Source: an uncultured virus (IMG/VR IMGVR_UViG_3300025598_000032)
Taxonomy: Duplodnaviria > Heunggongvirae > Uroviricota > Caudoviricetes
Length of the DNA: 20,000 bases
Strand: one strand, 5' to 3'
Virus record (IMG/VR): IMGVR_UViG_3300025598_000032
A program made the translations under genes and the position numbers. The notes under the pieces are model-generated. The model worked only from the letters and a program-made list of their open reading frames with translations. It made no database searches and had not been told where the DNA came from. Shown piece by piece: positions 8,049 to 15,967 of this stretch (position 1 is its first letter; each line of letters starts with the position of its first letter).

Positions 8049-8475
8049 CTTTCAAGCCGAATCTAAAAGATCTGGCGATAAGTTTGAAGACTTAGTATAT
8101 AAAGATTTAATTAATCGTGAATATATTGATTTAAAAAAGAATTTTGATATTCCTGAAATTGGCATTCAAGTTGATTTTTTTGGCGACTATGGCCATTATA
8201 TTGAAGCAAAAGGCGGGGCAGAAGGCGATAAAAAGCGTCCAGGGGCTAAGAGAACAGATAATGTTAAAAAAGCAATTGCTAATGGAGCATTATTAAAAAA
8301 AGTAAACGCTAACGCATATTACATTGTTTATTTTTCATCTTATCCAGTTGAAGGTAGCTCGTCAGACAAAATGTTAAAAGCTGCTTTAAAATATAATTTT
8401 ATTGATGAAATTAGATATTTACAATTAGAAGATGATGATGTAGAATATACATTGTTTGATGAATGGATTAATTAA
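8041..8475 (+). CDS. PD-(D/E)XK restriction-endonuclease-fold protein
   Basis: SGDKFE...VDF...IEAKGG...RTDNVKKAIANG; likely start ATG 8041 after GGGAGAAG. Confidence 0.7.
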   Translation: MIDFQAESKRSGDKFEDLVYKDLINREYIDLKKNFDIPEIGIQVDFFGDYGHYIEAKGGAEGDKKRPGAKRTDNVKKAIANGALLKKVNANAYYIVYFSSYPVEGSSSDKMLKAALKYNFIDEIRYLQLEDDDVEYTLFDEWIN

Positions 8476-8511
8476 TGATAAATGAAAAAGAGTTTGATGA
8501 TGAATACCCTA

Positions 8512-8541
8512 TTGACAAAACACAACACTGATTGATATAAT
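8512..8541 (+). promoter_or_regulatory. SigA-type promoter, probably leaderless transcript
   Basis: TTGACA-N18-TATAAT, with ATG 5 nt downstream. Confidence 0.8.
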
Positions 8542-8546
8542 ACAGT

Positions 8547-8696
8547 ATGAACCAACAAGAAGATCCTATGGACTGGGATGATATACGTGCTCTTGAATCT
8601 TCCCGTCGTATTGAACTACTAACGAAAGCGATTGTAGACAAATGCAAACAAGACGTAGAGAACAAATACGGAAACAAAAAAAGACATCGCCAGTAA
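8547..8696 (+). CDS. 49 aa hypothetical protein (not in ORF track)
   Basis: MNQQEDPMDWDDIRALESSRR...KKRHRQ, immediately after a consensus promoter. Confidence 0.65.
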   Translation: MNQQEDPMDWDDIRALESSRRIELLTKAIVDKCKQDVENKYGNKKRHRQ

Positions 8697-8719
8697 CTAC
8701 AAATCCACGCATTAAGATC

Positions 8720-8860
8720 ATGACATATAACTTCTTTGAAGAAGAATGGTCAGGTAATTGCGGGGCTTGTGGTAAAGACTTTTATGCTCCAAGTAAATCA
8801 GAATATCTGATGCAATACACAAGACATACTAAATCTATTAATTGTTTAGGTGGTTACTAA
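8720..8860 (+). CDS. Small Zn-finger-like protein
   Basis: MTYNFFEEEWSGNCGACG...HTKSINCLGGY; start reassigned to ATG 8720. Confidence 0.6.
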   Translation: MTYNFFEEEWSGNCGACGKDFYAPSKSEYLMQYTRHTKSINCLGGY

Positions 8861-8991
8861 TGGGTTACGACACAAGAGATAAAGGGTTCCTGCAAGGAAT
8901 TGTGTGGTATAGAATTGTTCTTGGAATTTGGGGAACTGGAGTAATTGCAATGATTGCTACTGCAATTTGGGCGATAGCGACTAAAAAATGA
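8860..8991 (+). CDS. 43 aa single-pass membrane protein
   Basis: TAATG-coupled; hydrophobic IVLGIWGTGVIAMIATAIWAIA. Confidence 0.6.
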   Translation: MGYDTRDKGFLQGIVWYRIVLGIWGTGVIAMIATAIWAIATKK

Positions 8992-9131
8992 GCGGGACTT
9001 ATAATAGATGCCCATATTGCAAAAGCCTCAGAAAGCGTTATATGATGCTGGGTGATCAAAAGATATGTGGCGATTGCTATGAAGAGATGGCAGGAGATGC
9101 TTGGGTAAAGGAGCAAAAAGAAAATGGCTAG
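8988..9131 (+). CDS. 47 aa Zn-finger protein
   Basis: ATGA-coupled; CPYC...CGDC. Confidence 0.65.
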   Translation: MSGTYNRCPYCKSLRKRYMMLGDQKICGDCYEEMAGDAWVKEQKENG

Positions 9132-9228
9132 GATAGTAATATGTCCTGAATGCAAACGGGAGGTAGAAGTACGCTCTGGGTTTGCACATCATACTTTAAA
9201 TAATCATATATCAAAGGAGCATAAGTAA
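9124..9228 (+). CDS. 34 aa C2H2-like Zn-finger peptide
   Basis: AAGGAG RBS; MARIVICPECK...LNNHISKEHK. Confidence 0.65.
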   Translation: MARIVICPECKREVEVRSGFAHHTLNNHISKEHK

Positions 9229-9392
9229 TGACTTATGAAATGTGTGCGGTAAAGCGGGGGCATTGGCAAGCAACTAGTTTTCACTGGTGTAATGAATGTC
9301 CACCATTAGATGAGTATAGAAAGCTTGAAAAACTACAAAAGCTTGCTTGGTCTAACAGAAATAAAAAGTTAAAGGAATCTAAACGCAAATGA
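9228..9392 (+). CDS. 54 aa hypothetical protein
   Basis: AAGGAG RBS; TAATG and ATGA coupling on both sides. Confidence 0.6.
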   Translation: MTYEMCAVKRGHWQATSFHWCNECPPLDEYRKLEKLQKLAWSNRNKKLKESKRK

Positions 9393-9763
9393 TCTTTGCT
9401 TACATTCTCTTGGTTATAATCATATCTGCAACAGTTTTAGGTTATATTGCTTTTTTGGTGGGGCTTGTATACGTTAAAACACTTGAAAGATTTAACTTAT
9501 CACTTGAAGACATTATGAAAGAAGATTTTTGCGATTGTGCAGACTCTAAAATTGGTGATATGTCCTGCGAGATATGTGACACAGATTTGGCTAACTTTGC
9601 AAAAGATTGGCGTAAAAAAGAAGATAGGCGAATAGGCTTTTATCGTACTTATATGTGGGATGAAAACAAAAAATGGTGGCTATGTTGGCACTTTCAGTTT
9701 ATGAAGTTTATTAAAATAAACTTTCCTAGAATACCCCTACCAAAAAGAAAGCAGTTATGGTAA
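9389..9763 (+). CDS. Membrane-anchored hypothetical protein
   Basis: N-terminal TM helix, CDC...CEIC. Confidence 0.6.
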   Translation: MIFAYILLVIIISATVLGYIAFLVGLVYVKTLERFNLSLEDIMKEDFCDCADSKIGDMSCEICDTDLANFAKDWRKKEDRRIGFYRTYMWDENKKWWLCWHFQFMKFIKINFPRIPLPKRKQLW

Positions 9764-9918
9764 CAAAATTGAGCGAAAAACAGGATAAGCAAAAGATGCA
9801 AGAGTTGCTGGATCAGCAAAAAGGCATTACATATGAACCTGTAACAGATGAAGATTTTAATTTTTTTGTAAATGTATTGTTTGGAAACTATAAAGGTCCA
9901 GGATACAACCCAGAGTGA
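9757..9918 (+). CDS. 53 aa hypothetical protein
   Basis: Fills the gap; its stop overlaps the GTG of the next gene (GTGA). Confidence 0.55.
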   Translation: MVTKLSEKQDKQKMQELLDQQKGITYEPVTDEDFNFFVNVLFGNYKGPGYNPE

Positions 9919-10277
9919 AAATCTATATTTCAGGTCCAATGACAGGGCATACAAACTACAACTTTAAAGCATTCTTTGATGCAGAGGAATTTATAAGAAG
10001 CTTGGGTTACGTAGCATTGAACCCAGCATGGCAAGATGGTTATACTCTTGAAGAAGCAGTTAAACACGCTAAAATCAGTGGTCATTCTTGGGGCAAGTAT
10101 ATGCGTGAAGATTTAAAAATGCTTATGATGGCTGATAGCATTTTATTGTTGGATGGTTGGCGGGAATCAAGAGGGGCAAAGTTAGAAGCAATAGTAGCAC
10201 AAGCCTTAGATATGGATTTCTATAGACTAAAAGGCGGAAAAATGGTACCATATAACTATGAGCAAGTCGCAAGTTAG
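9915..10277 (+). CDS. DUF4406 / nucleoside 2-deoxyribosyltransferase-like protein
   Basis: KIYISGPMTG...NF.AF...LNPA...W..YMR.DL..L...D.I.LL.GW..SRGA.LE. Confidence 0.88.
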   Translation: MKIYISGPMTGHTNYNFKAFFDAEEFIRSLGYVALNPAWQDGYTLEEAVKHAKISGHSWGKYMREDLKMLMMADSILLLDGWRESRGAKLEAIVAQALDMDFYRLKGGKMVPYNYEQVAS

Positions 10278-10581
10278 GCGGATAGCAAAGATGACAAGTA
10301 ACACAGAAGCAGTAGCATTATTCTCTTTAGATAAGTTTACAGAGGGTTCAACAGCGTGGCTGTACTGGGCAGAGTTCAATGGCAATATTGATCAAGGCGA
10401 AGCACGTACAGTTGAAGAGGCGGAAGCAAAAGCATTTGCCTATCTATCTCAGTTTAAAGAGATTACAAACATCATCTCAAAGTACAAGCCAGAAAAAGAA
10501 GATTACAGGTTTGAACTAGACGAAGATCAATTATTATTAGGATACAAAGATGCGGATGAGTGGAAGCAGGCACAAGTTTGA
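10258..10581 (+). CDS. Hypothetical protein
   Basis: 107 aa ORF in the operon. Confidence 0.7.
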   Translation: MSKSQVRRIAKMTSNTEAVALFSLDKFTEGSTAWLYWAEFNGNIDQGEARTVEEAEAKAFAYLSQFKEITNIISKYKPEKEDYRFELDEDQLLLGYKDADEWKQAQV

Positions 10582-10701
10582 TTTACTGTCTTATTCCATT
10601 ATGTTTAATCTTATTCTTTAGATTAAAGCTGGAGCAATTTGAACTTAGACAAGAAAAACAGATTAATGATAATTTGCGGGAGCAATTAAAAAGGCTAACA
10701 G

Positions 10702-10890
10702 ATGTCAGAGATATATAAAGAAGCCTTTAGAGAAATAAATAAGATTAAACAATCTACCTGTTATTACTGTAAGAAAAAGGGTAAAACGCAGTTGGTAGCA
10801 GATGGTGCAATATTGCATTATGCATGTAATCAGTGTTATGAAACGCACGAGATATTGAGGCAAAAAAGGGGGAAAAATGAGAAAGAATAA
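10702..10890 (+). CDS. Small Zn-finger protein
   Basis: CYYC...CNQC. Confidence 0.65.
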   Translation: MSEIYKEAFREINKIKQSTCYYCKKKGKTQLVADGAILHYACNQCYETHEILRQKRGKNEKE

Positions 10891-11050
10891 TAAGGAAGTT
10901 TCAGCACGTGGACATAAGCGTCATATGAAGAATGTGGCACGAAAGAAACGATCTGAGGAACTTAAGAAGTTTAATGACCTTGCATATAGAGTCAAGGCTA
11001 TGCAAGCAATGGTAGAAGCTCAAAATAAGGCAGCGGAAGAGCAAAAGTGA
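10877..11050 (+). CDS. 57 aa basic protein (not in ORF track)
   Basis: AAGGGGG RBS; MRKNNKEVSARGHKRHMKNVARKKR...; GTGA overlap with the next gene. Confidence 0.6.
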   Translation: MRKNNKEVSARGHKRHMKNVARKKRSEELKKFNDLAYRVKAMQAMVEAQNKAAEEQK

Positions 11051-11538
11051 TAGCCTTAATACTTACAACAATGGGATTTGAAGCCTTATTTACAATAGGT
11101 TTATTATACTATTATGAAGATAAGGTTACCAAATTAAATATAGATTATAAAGAGTTAGAAGAAGATTTTATTGAGACATATAACGCATATTGTAATGTAT
11201 CTGAACTTGCCAGTCAATATAACGATCTAGCGAGAAAAGCAGAGGATAAGGCAGGTTTATATGAAAATGCCTATGAATCAGAGCATAGTGCCATACATTA
11301 TCAGTTGGAGATCAACGAAATCCTAGATGTGGATAATCAGGCCTTAAAAGCTCAGGTTAAGGCATTAAAGACGGAAAATTCTGCCCTTCGCAATGCCATG
11401 CCAATTCAATATGAATCTTCACAATGGGCGGGGATTGCCAATAATGTATTTCCAGCAGAAGAAAGATCAATTAAGACTACACTGGATATAGATAATCAAC
11501 CAGACCTATTTGAATCTATGGAGAATTTTGAAGAATAA
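11047..11538 (+). CDS. Membrane-anchored coiled-coil protein
   Basis: N-terminal hydrophobic helix; heptads LKAQVKALKTENSAL. Confidence 0.7.
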   Translation: MIALILTTMGFEALFTIGLLYYYEDKVTKLNIDYKELEEDFIETYNAYCNVSELASQYNDLARKAEDKAGLYENAYESEHSAIHYQLEINEILDVDNQALKAQVKALKTENSALRNAMPIQYESSQWAGIANNVFPAEERSIKTTLDIDNQPDLFESMENFEE

Positions 11539-11675
11539 AGAAGAATGTAAGCATAAATGGACACTAGTTGCACAGCAAATGAAGTGCGATTATTGTGGTC
11601 AAATATACGAAGTAAAATGAGCGGAAAAGTAGGAGAAAATTAGGCGGGAATCCCTAAAGGATCTCGTCCAAATAC

Positions 11676-11876
11676 GTGCCTATAATAGCTATAATAGATA
11701 AGGATAATATAATGGGTAAGAAGCATATCAAGATAGAACAATATGACCAAGAATCATGTAAGATCACATTTCCAGATGGAGCATCTATTATCCAGAAGGA
11801 TCATGATATCAACAATATGGTCAAGGCATGGATGAGATTAGAGCAGAATAGATATGGAAAGAAATTTAATCTATAG
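11676..11876 (+). CDS. Hypothetical protein, last gene of the + arm
   Basis: ORF; the true start may be ATG 11712 after AAGGA. Confidence 0.55.
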   Translation: MPIIAIIDKDNIMGKKHIKIEQYDQESCKITFPDGASIIQKDHDINNMVKAWMRLEQNRYGKKFNL

Positions 11877-11949
11877 GGCTATAGGTTGCTATCTGGCTAT
11901 ATAAAGTAGACTCGCTAACGCTCGTTTCCGCCCTTTTTATGGGCTATAT

Positions 11950-11975
11950 GTGGAGCATTGTGGAGCAAAGTGGAG
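11950..11975 (+). promoter_or_regulatory. MraZ-type binding repeat (3 x GTGGAG, 10 bp period)
   Basis: GTGGAG-CATT-GTGGAG-CAAA-GTGGAG in intergenic DNA. Confidence 0.6.
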
Positions 11976-12056
11976 AATATACACAGTATTATGTTAAATA
12001 AACTCAGTTAGTATATATAGATAGATTGTATCAAGTTATAGAGCATACCATAATGC

Positions 12057-12393
12057 CCTTCGTAATGTCAAATCCGTGCGATATGATATATATCACATAA
12101 AAATATGGGTGATTTTGCACACATTTTTGACAATTTTGATATAATATTAGACAATTTTGATCTAAATGTATAGAATATCGTGTGAATTTTGATCGAAATC
12201 GTAATGTTTTTATTTTATTATACATTTTATATAAATATATGATCAAGATCACACAGATATCTCTTGACAAATGTTACCGTATATGCCTTCGTAATGTCTG
12301 GTATATTTCTTATACTGGCTTTGATATATTTTTATTAATGTGTTAGTTTAAACCAGCAAACTCCCCGTGAATTTTAAGCCCCTTCGTAATGTC
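12057..12393 (+). repeat. Three exact direct copies of CCTTCGTAATGTC interleaved with CRP-like boxes
   Basis: Copies at 12057, 12286 and 12381; TGTGA-N6-TCACA-like sites at 12082, 12108 and 12238. Confidence 0.8.
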
Positions 12394-12419
12394 TGGGTTT
12401 TTAGATCTCTGGCTCTGGG

Positions 12420-12460
12420 AAAAGAGAAAGGCAGTTCACGGAATGACTCGTGAACTGCCC
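12420..12460 (-). terminator. Intrinsic terminator closing the - arm
   Basis: GGCAGTTCACG-N8-CGTGAACTGCC stem, with a TTTCTCTTT tail on the - strand. Confidence 0.8.
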
Positions 12461-12514
12461 TTGTATACCTAACTTGGCTGACACCTGAACGCTAGGATTT
12501 TGTTCGAATACCTA

Positions 12515-12811
12515 TTATACCGACAGGTATTCGTTTGTGTCAAGTTCCATTCTTCCATATTCTCCCATTAGGCCCAACTCCTGCAGGGTGGTAAGCATGT
12601 ACTTGCACAAATCGTGTGATTCTTTTAGATATAGTGGGACCGTATGTGCGGTGCCCATTTGGATTATGTAGTTTGTAAACAATTGGATGAACGATTCGTT
12701 AACATAACGAGATTCATTTAACATATGTCTTGCCATTGCTGCAGGTGAGACATCGTTGTGTCCAAGGCCTTCTACAAGCTTTTTATATGTACGCTCTTCT
12801 AGTTTATTCAT
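12515..12811 (-). CDS. Hypothetical protein
   Basis: 98 aa ORF with GAGGAAG RBS. Confidence 0.75.
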   Translation of the reverse strand: MNKLEERTYKKLVEGLGHNDVSPAAMARHMLNESRYVNESFIQLFTNYIIQMGTAHTVPLYLKESHDLCKYMLTTLQELGLMGEYGRMELDTNEYLSV

Positions 12812-13118
12812 CTACTTCCTCGCCCTCATAGTCTTGGATAAAGTCTTCACGGGACAACCATTGTACTACATCATATTCTTCTACGTCAAATCCGCCCCAA
12901 GGATCTTTAATAAACTTATTCCATACATCCTCTAAAGTAGTTCCAGGAACTGGGATAAGTTCTCCCCAAGAAGAATCCCCGTCAGATAATTCAATATCTT
13001 GAAAGACATCACGGGTGATGTCCCACATGTACAATAGGACCAACGGGGCATGATTAGGAAACTCCCATTTTAGATTATCTAGATATGAATTGGTTTGTAC
13101 AAACATTGATGATGACAT
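12804..13118 (-). CDS. Acidic hypothetical protein
   Basis: 104 aa ORF with GAGGAG RBS. Confidence 0.75.
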   Translation of the reverse strand: MSSSMFVQTNSYLDNLKWEFPNHAPLVLLYMWDITRDVFQDIELSDGDSSWGELIPVPGTTLEDVWNKFIKDPWGGFDVEEYDVVQWLSREDFIQDYEGEEVDE

Positions 13119-13243
13119 TAGTTGATCTCCTCAAAGTGCTCTATGTATAATATTTCGTTGTCATATACATCTACATCTGTAAATTTATTAATGGCTTCTA
13201 ACCATTTTTCATCACAGATAAAAGTGATACGATAAGTCTTCAT
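13118..13243 (-). CDS. 41 aa hypothetical protein (not in ORF track)
   Basis: MKTYRITFICDEKW...HFEEIN; TAATG-coupled at both ends. Confidence 0.7.
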   Translation of the reverse strand: MKTYRITFICDEKWLEAINKFTDVDVYDNEILYIEHFEEIN

Positions 13244-13503
13244 TACTTACCCGCCTTTGCAAATGCAATAGCATAAGTTAATTTATACAGTTCTGAGTAT
13301 GCTTCTTCCACACCCTCCCAGTACCGTCGCTCCATGCTATCCATGGCCTCACCCGAAGCCTCTTCGTCCTCTATGGCGTCTGCTAATGCACTCTCTGCAC
13401 GTGCCATTAGGACCTTAAGATGACCGTGCATGATATCCGCACCGTCCATACCTGCTTCAACCATACGTTGTAGATATGGGTCTAAAGTTAATTGGTCAGA
13501 CAT
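13243..13503 (-). CDS. Hypothetical protein
   Basis: 86 aa ORF with AGGAGG RBS. Confidence 0.8.
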   Translation of the reverse strand: MSDQLTLDPYLQRMVEAGMDGADIMHGHLKVLMARAESALADAIEDEEASGEAMDSMERRYWEGVEEAYSELYKLTYAIAFAKAGK

Positions 13504-14218
13504 TATTTGCCTCCTGTAGTTGGGTTTGTTTCTGGTCGTATTCTACACTATGGACAGGGCATTCGTCAACTGCACTCGCCCAACCACATTGCGGACAAGG
13601 ATAATCTGAGCAGTCTTCGCAAAACTCTAATGCATCACTAGTTGCATATTCACAGTCTTTACATTTGTAGTCATATTGATTATGACTAATTATTTCGCCT
13701 CTAAGGAATTCTGCTTCGCCACCCCAGCCTGTTTCTTCTTCGTAGCCTAACGTAAATAAAAGGTCGGAGAACTGTAAAGAAAGATTCTTAATAGCAGGCT
13801 CAGGATAACTCCAAGCAGTATTAAAGTTATAATAAACTACTTTATTATCACCGTTATTAATAGGGCCTTCCATATATGTTTCTGGATGGCTTTCAGTTAC
13901 AGATATGGCTACATCCCATTTTGTTCCCCAGTTACGCACATTCCAGTCGTACCAATGATTTGAATCAAATCTAATAGGCTTATTTAAATCAACTTTTGGA
14001 CTTGGACCATAATATGCATCCATGTCTGTTGGTTTAACTATATTCCAAAATGCAAAAACAGGGTTTGAATAAAGAGTATTTTTCTTAATAAAAGAATTGG
14101 TAGAAATATCCCATGTTTCGTGCATCACAGTAAATGGTTGATTAAGTTGAGATACAAGTTTATCTACAGATTCAGGACTACCTTCAATGGTTAATCCGTT
14201 ATACACCCAGTTTGGCAT
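13496..14218 (-). CDS. YubB ferredoxin-like / DUF1281-family protein with a Cys-rich tail
   Basis: MPNW..N.L.I.G, WYDWNVRNWGTKWD, FNTAWS.P; C-terminal CxxC pairs. Confidence 0.85.
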   Translation of the reverse strand: MPNWVYNGLTIEGSPESVDKLVSQLNQPFTVMHETWDISTNSFIKKNTLYSNPVFAFWNIVKPTDMDAYYGPSPKVDLNKPIRFDSNHWYDWNVRNWGTKWDVAISVTESHPETYMEGPINNGDNKVVYYNFNTAWSYPEPAIKNLSLQFSDLLFTLGYEEETGWGGEAEFLRGEIISHNQYDYKCKDCEYATSDALEFCEDCSDYPCPQCGWASAVDECPVHSVEYDQKQTQLQEANNV

Positions 14219-14252
14219 TTGTCATTCTTTCTACTAGTTGGTCAGTATGGGT

Positions 14253-14282
14253 ATTCTACTACATCAAGATATCAGATGTCAA
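14253..14282 (-). promoter_or_regulatory. SigA-type promoter
   Basis: TTGACA-N18-TAGAAT on the - strand. Confidence 0.7.
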
Positions 14283-14457
14283 GTCGTAACTGCACAGGTT
14301 CTGTGCGTAGGAAATCAATAATTAATTCAGTAGAATCAGTTGTCCACTCATCTACTGGTGTGTTTGCAGCAATAGCATTTGCTTCTGCCTCTGTTTCAGC
14401 CATTACCTTCTTTGATAGGTAAATTGATTGGGTTGCTAGTATCTCGTATTCTTTCAT
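14272..14457 (-). CDS. Hypothetical protein, probably leaderless
   Basis: 61 aa with a V.AETEAEA..IA motif; ATG 6 nt after the -10 box. Confidence 0.75.
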   Translation of the reverse strand: MKEYEILATQSIYLSKKVMAETEAEANAIAANTPVDEWTTDSTELIIDFLRTEPVQLRLDI

Positions 14458-14463
14458 AGCCCT

Positions 14464-14493
14464 ATTTTATCCTATCGTAAAAGGTTTTGTCAA
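14464..14493 (-). promoter_or_regulatory. SigA-type promoter
   Basis: TTGACA-N18-TAAAAT. Confidence 0.7.
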
Positions 14494-14522
14494 GCCCCTC
14501 GTAAATGTGTTCAAGCGATCCT

Positions 14523-14551
14523 CCGTAATGTCCGTAATGTCGTAAATGTCC
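14523..14551 (+). repeat. Tandem 9-bp-period repeat CGTAATGTC
   Basis: CCGTAATGTCCGTAATGTCGTAAATGTCC, with TGTC at 14529, 14538 and 14547. Confidence 0.75.
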
Positions 14552-14572
14552 AAATTACTGGTCAGGCTCAGG

Positions 14573-14728
14573 CTACTCAAAGTAGCCCTCTGCCCAAAGA
14601 CCCTGGAGAAAATCATTTGCTTTGGCTAGATTATCTGCAAGATCTGTTTGTGCGGGGGGAAGATAATTTAAAGCTAAATAAGTAGCATCAATCATCTTAT
14701 TCAAATCCTCTAATTTATACCCCAACAT
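14573..14728 (-). CDS. 51 aa hypothetical protein (not in ORF track)
   Basis: MLGYKLEDLNKMID...DFLQGLWAEGYFE; GAGGTG upstream. Confidence 0.65.
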   Translation of the reverse strand: MLGYKLEDLNKMIDATYLALNYLPPAQTDLADNLAKANDFLQGLWAEGYFE

Positions 14729-15083
14729 GATACTCTAACACCTCACCTTGATATTCAATGAATGATGAAAATGAATGCCAGTTTCCTTCATCATTTACCT
14801 GTTGAGTTGTAAGGTCTACTTCAACTGTGGTATCCCAATACATTTGGTCTTCATCCGCAATATAAAGACCGAAGCCTGTTTCTTCATCCCGACCTTCTTT
14901 TGTTAGTTGGTCAATGATAATACGGAGAGCATATGAACTATCACCCATTTTTAATCTAGGTGTTGCCTTATCTAAGGCATTAGCCAAATCTTCACGCCAT
15001 GAGTATTCTCCCCAATGACTATACAAAACAATCTTTGGCTTGTCTTCCTCGGTCTTGAAAACAAAATTAACTCGTGCTCCCAT
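14715..15083 (-). CDS. Conserved phage hypothetical protein
   Basis: MGARVNFVF...VLYSHWG; AGGAGG RBS. Confidence 0.8.
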   Translation of the reverse strand: MGARVNFVFKTEEDKPKIVLYSHWGEYSWREDLANALDKATPRLKMGDSSYALRIIIDQLTKEGRDEETGFGLYIADEDQMYWDTTVEVDLTTQQVNDEGNWHSFSSFIEYQGEVLEYHVGV

Positions 15084-15151
15084 TATAGTATTCCTCCTAG
15101 TGCTATTACTGCGATTACAAAAATTGTGCCTAATAAAAATATGATTGCCAT
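15083..15151 (-). CDS. 22 aa hydrophobic leader peptide
   Basis: MAIIFLLGTIFVIAVIALGGIL; ATG 6 nt after the -10 box, TAATG-coupled to the next gene. Confidence 0.5.
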   Translation of the reverse strand: MAIIFLLGTIFVIAVIALGGIL

Positions 15152-15157
15152 TTGCGT

Positions 15158-15198
15158 ATCCTATCAGATAAGGGGAGGGAAGTCAAGACTTCCCTCCC
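15158..15198 (-). promoter_or_regulatory. Hairpin fused to a SigA-type promoter
   Basis: GGGAGGGAAGTC-TT-GACTTCCCTCCC inverted repeat containing TTGACT-N17-TAGGAT. Confidence 0.7.
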
Positions 15199-15212
15199 AA
15201 GTGATTAACTAA

Positions 15213-15629
15213 TTAGAGATACTGTGCGATTGACTTAAATGTGGAAGCATTAACTGTTTCCTCATCTGTCATTTTGAGAATACGAATTGCGTTCTCAATT
15301 TCATCAACAATTTCACGATAGTTGTGGTCGTGAAGTTGCTCAAATTGACGAGTAGGTTGAGCAGGAAAATCCTTGCCTTGTGTATCAACATCAAAGTCAA
15401 TGTTAAGAGAGTTTGACCAACTACGATAATTGGTGCGGATATTTGTAGCAGAGTCAAACTTTGATAGAGCATAATCAAACAAAGCCTTATTCCAAGCCTT
15501 TAGTTCTTCTTGGAAAGCAGCCTCTAATTGCTTTTCATTTGCCTTAGTTGTTTTTATTGTTTCCAACTTTGTTTCCAAAGCGGCGATTACCTTTGGTGTT
15601 GCTACTTTAACTGAGATTGCTTTTGCCAT
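15213..15629 (-). CDS. Conserved phage hypothetical protein
   Basis: 138 aa with AAGGA RBS and its own promoter. Confidence 0.85.
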   Translation of the reverse strand: MAKAISVKVATPKVIAALETKLETIKTTKANEKQLEAAFQEELKAWNKALFDYALSKFDSATNIRTNYRSWSNSLNIDFDVDTQGKDFPAQPTRQFEQLHDHNYREIVDEIENAIRILKMTDEETVNASTFKSIAQYL

Positions 15630-15668
15630 TGTTGGGTTTTCCTTTTCTTTGTTAGGGGTTGAGGTTGT

Positions 15669-15698
15669 ATTCTAACACAAGCGGGGTGCTTATGTCAA
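15669..15698 (-). promoter_or_regulatory. SigA-type promoter
   Basis: TTGACA-N18-TAGAAT with TG extension. Confidence 0.75.
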
Positions 15699-15967
15699 TT
15701 CTTTCGGCGTGTCTGAATTGGTCTATGTGTCCTAGCATATTGGACTTCGTGCTTAGGGGCATCTGGTGTGATTGGTTTATGATTAAAAGCACTTAGGATT
15801 TTACCGCCAAAGGCTGTAATTATTCTAGCTAACTTCATCTCATCAGCACAAGTAATCTCTACCTGCATCCCACCCAGCATCTCATATTCAATTCCAGCGG
15901 TTAGGCATTTGCTAATCCCGTTCGCCATACGAGCAGGGGACGGGACTTCAATAACTGCTACTGCCAT
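15695..15967 (-). CDS. Hypothetical protein
   Basis: 90 aa with GAGGAG RBS, TAATG-coupled. Confidence 0.75.
   Translation of the reverse strand: MAVAVIEVPSPARMANGISKCLTAGIEYEMLGGMQVEITCADEMKLARIITAFGGKILSAFNHKPITPDAPKHEVQYARTHRPIQTRRKN

Noticed and set aside
750..9954. Minus-strand ORFs 750-1067, 1300-1506, 4961-5155, 5687-5869, 5911-6117, 7347-7595, 8468-8677, 8865-9155 and 9694-9954
   Set aside because: Antisense to better-supported coupled + strand genes, with no RBS or family motifs
11328..11336. Perfect DnaA box TGTGGATAA
   Set aside because: Single copy inside a CDS; no cluster seen in the non-coding gap
8760..11650. Apparent excess of GCGG on the + strand
   Set aside because: Modest and mostly within purine-rich coding strands; cannot be separated from compositional bias without statistics
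12031..12270. 79 aa minus-strand ORF in the convergence gap
   Set aside because: AT-rich, no RBS, downstream of the - arm terminator, and overlapping the motif array
12057..12393. 13-mer repeats as a CRISPR array
   Set aside because: Repeats are too short, spacing is irregular (229 and 95 bp), and no cas genes are present
12480..12510. Possible LexA box near GAAC...GTTCGA
   Set aside because: Half-sites are too far apart for CGAAC-N4-GTTCG
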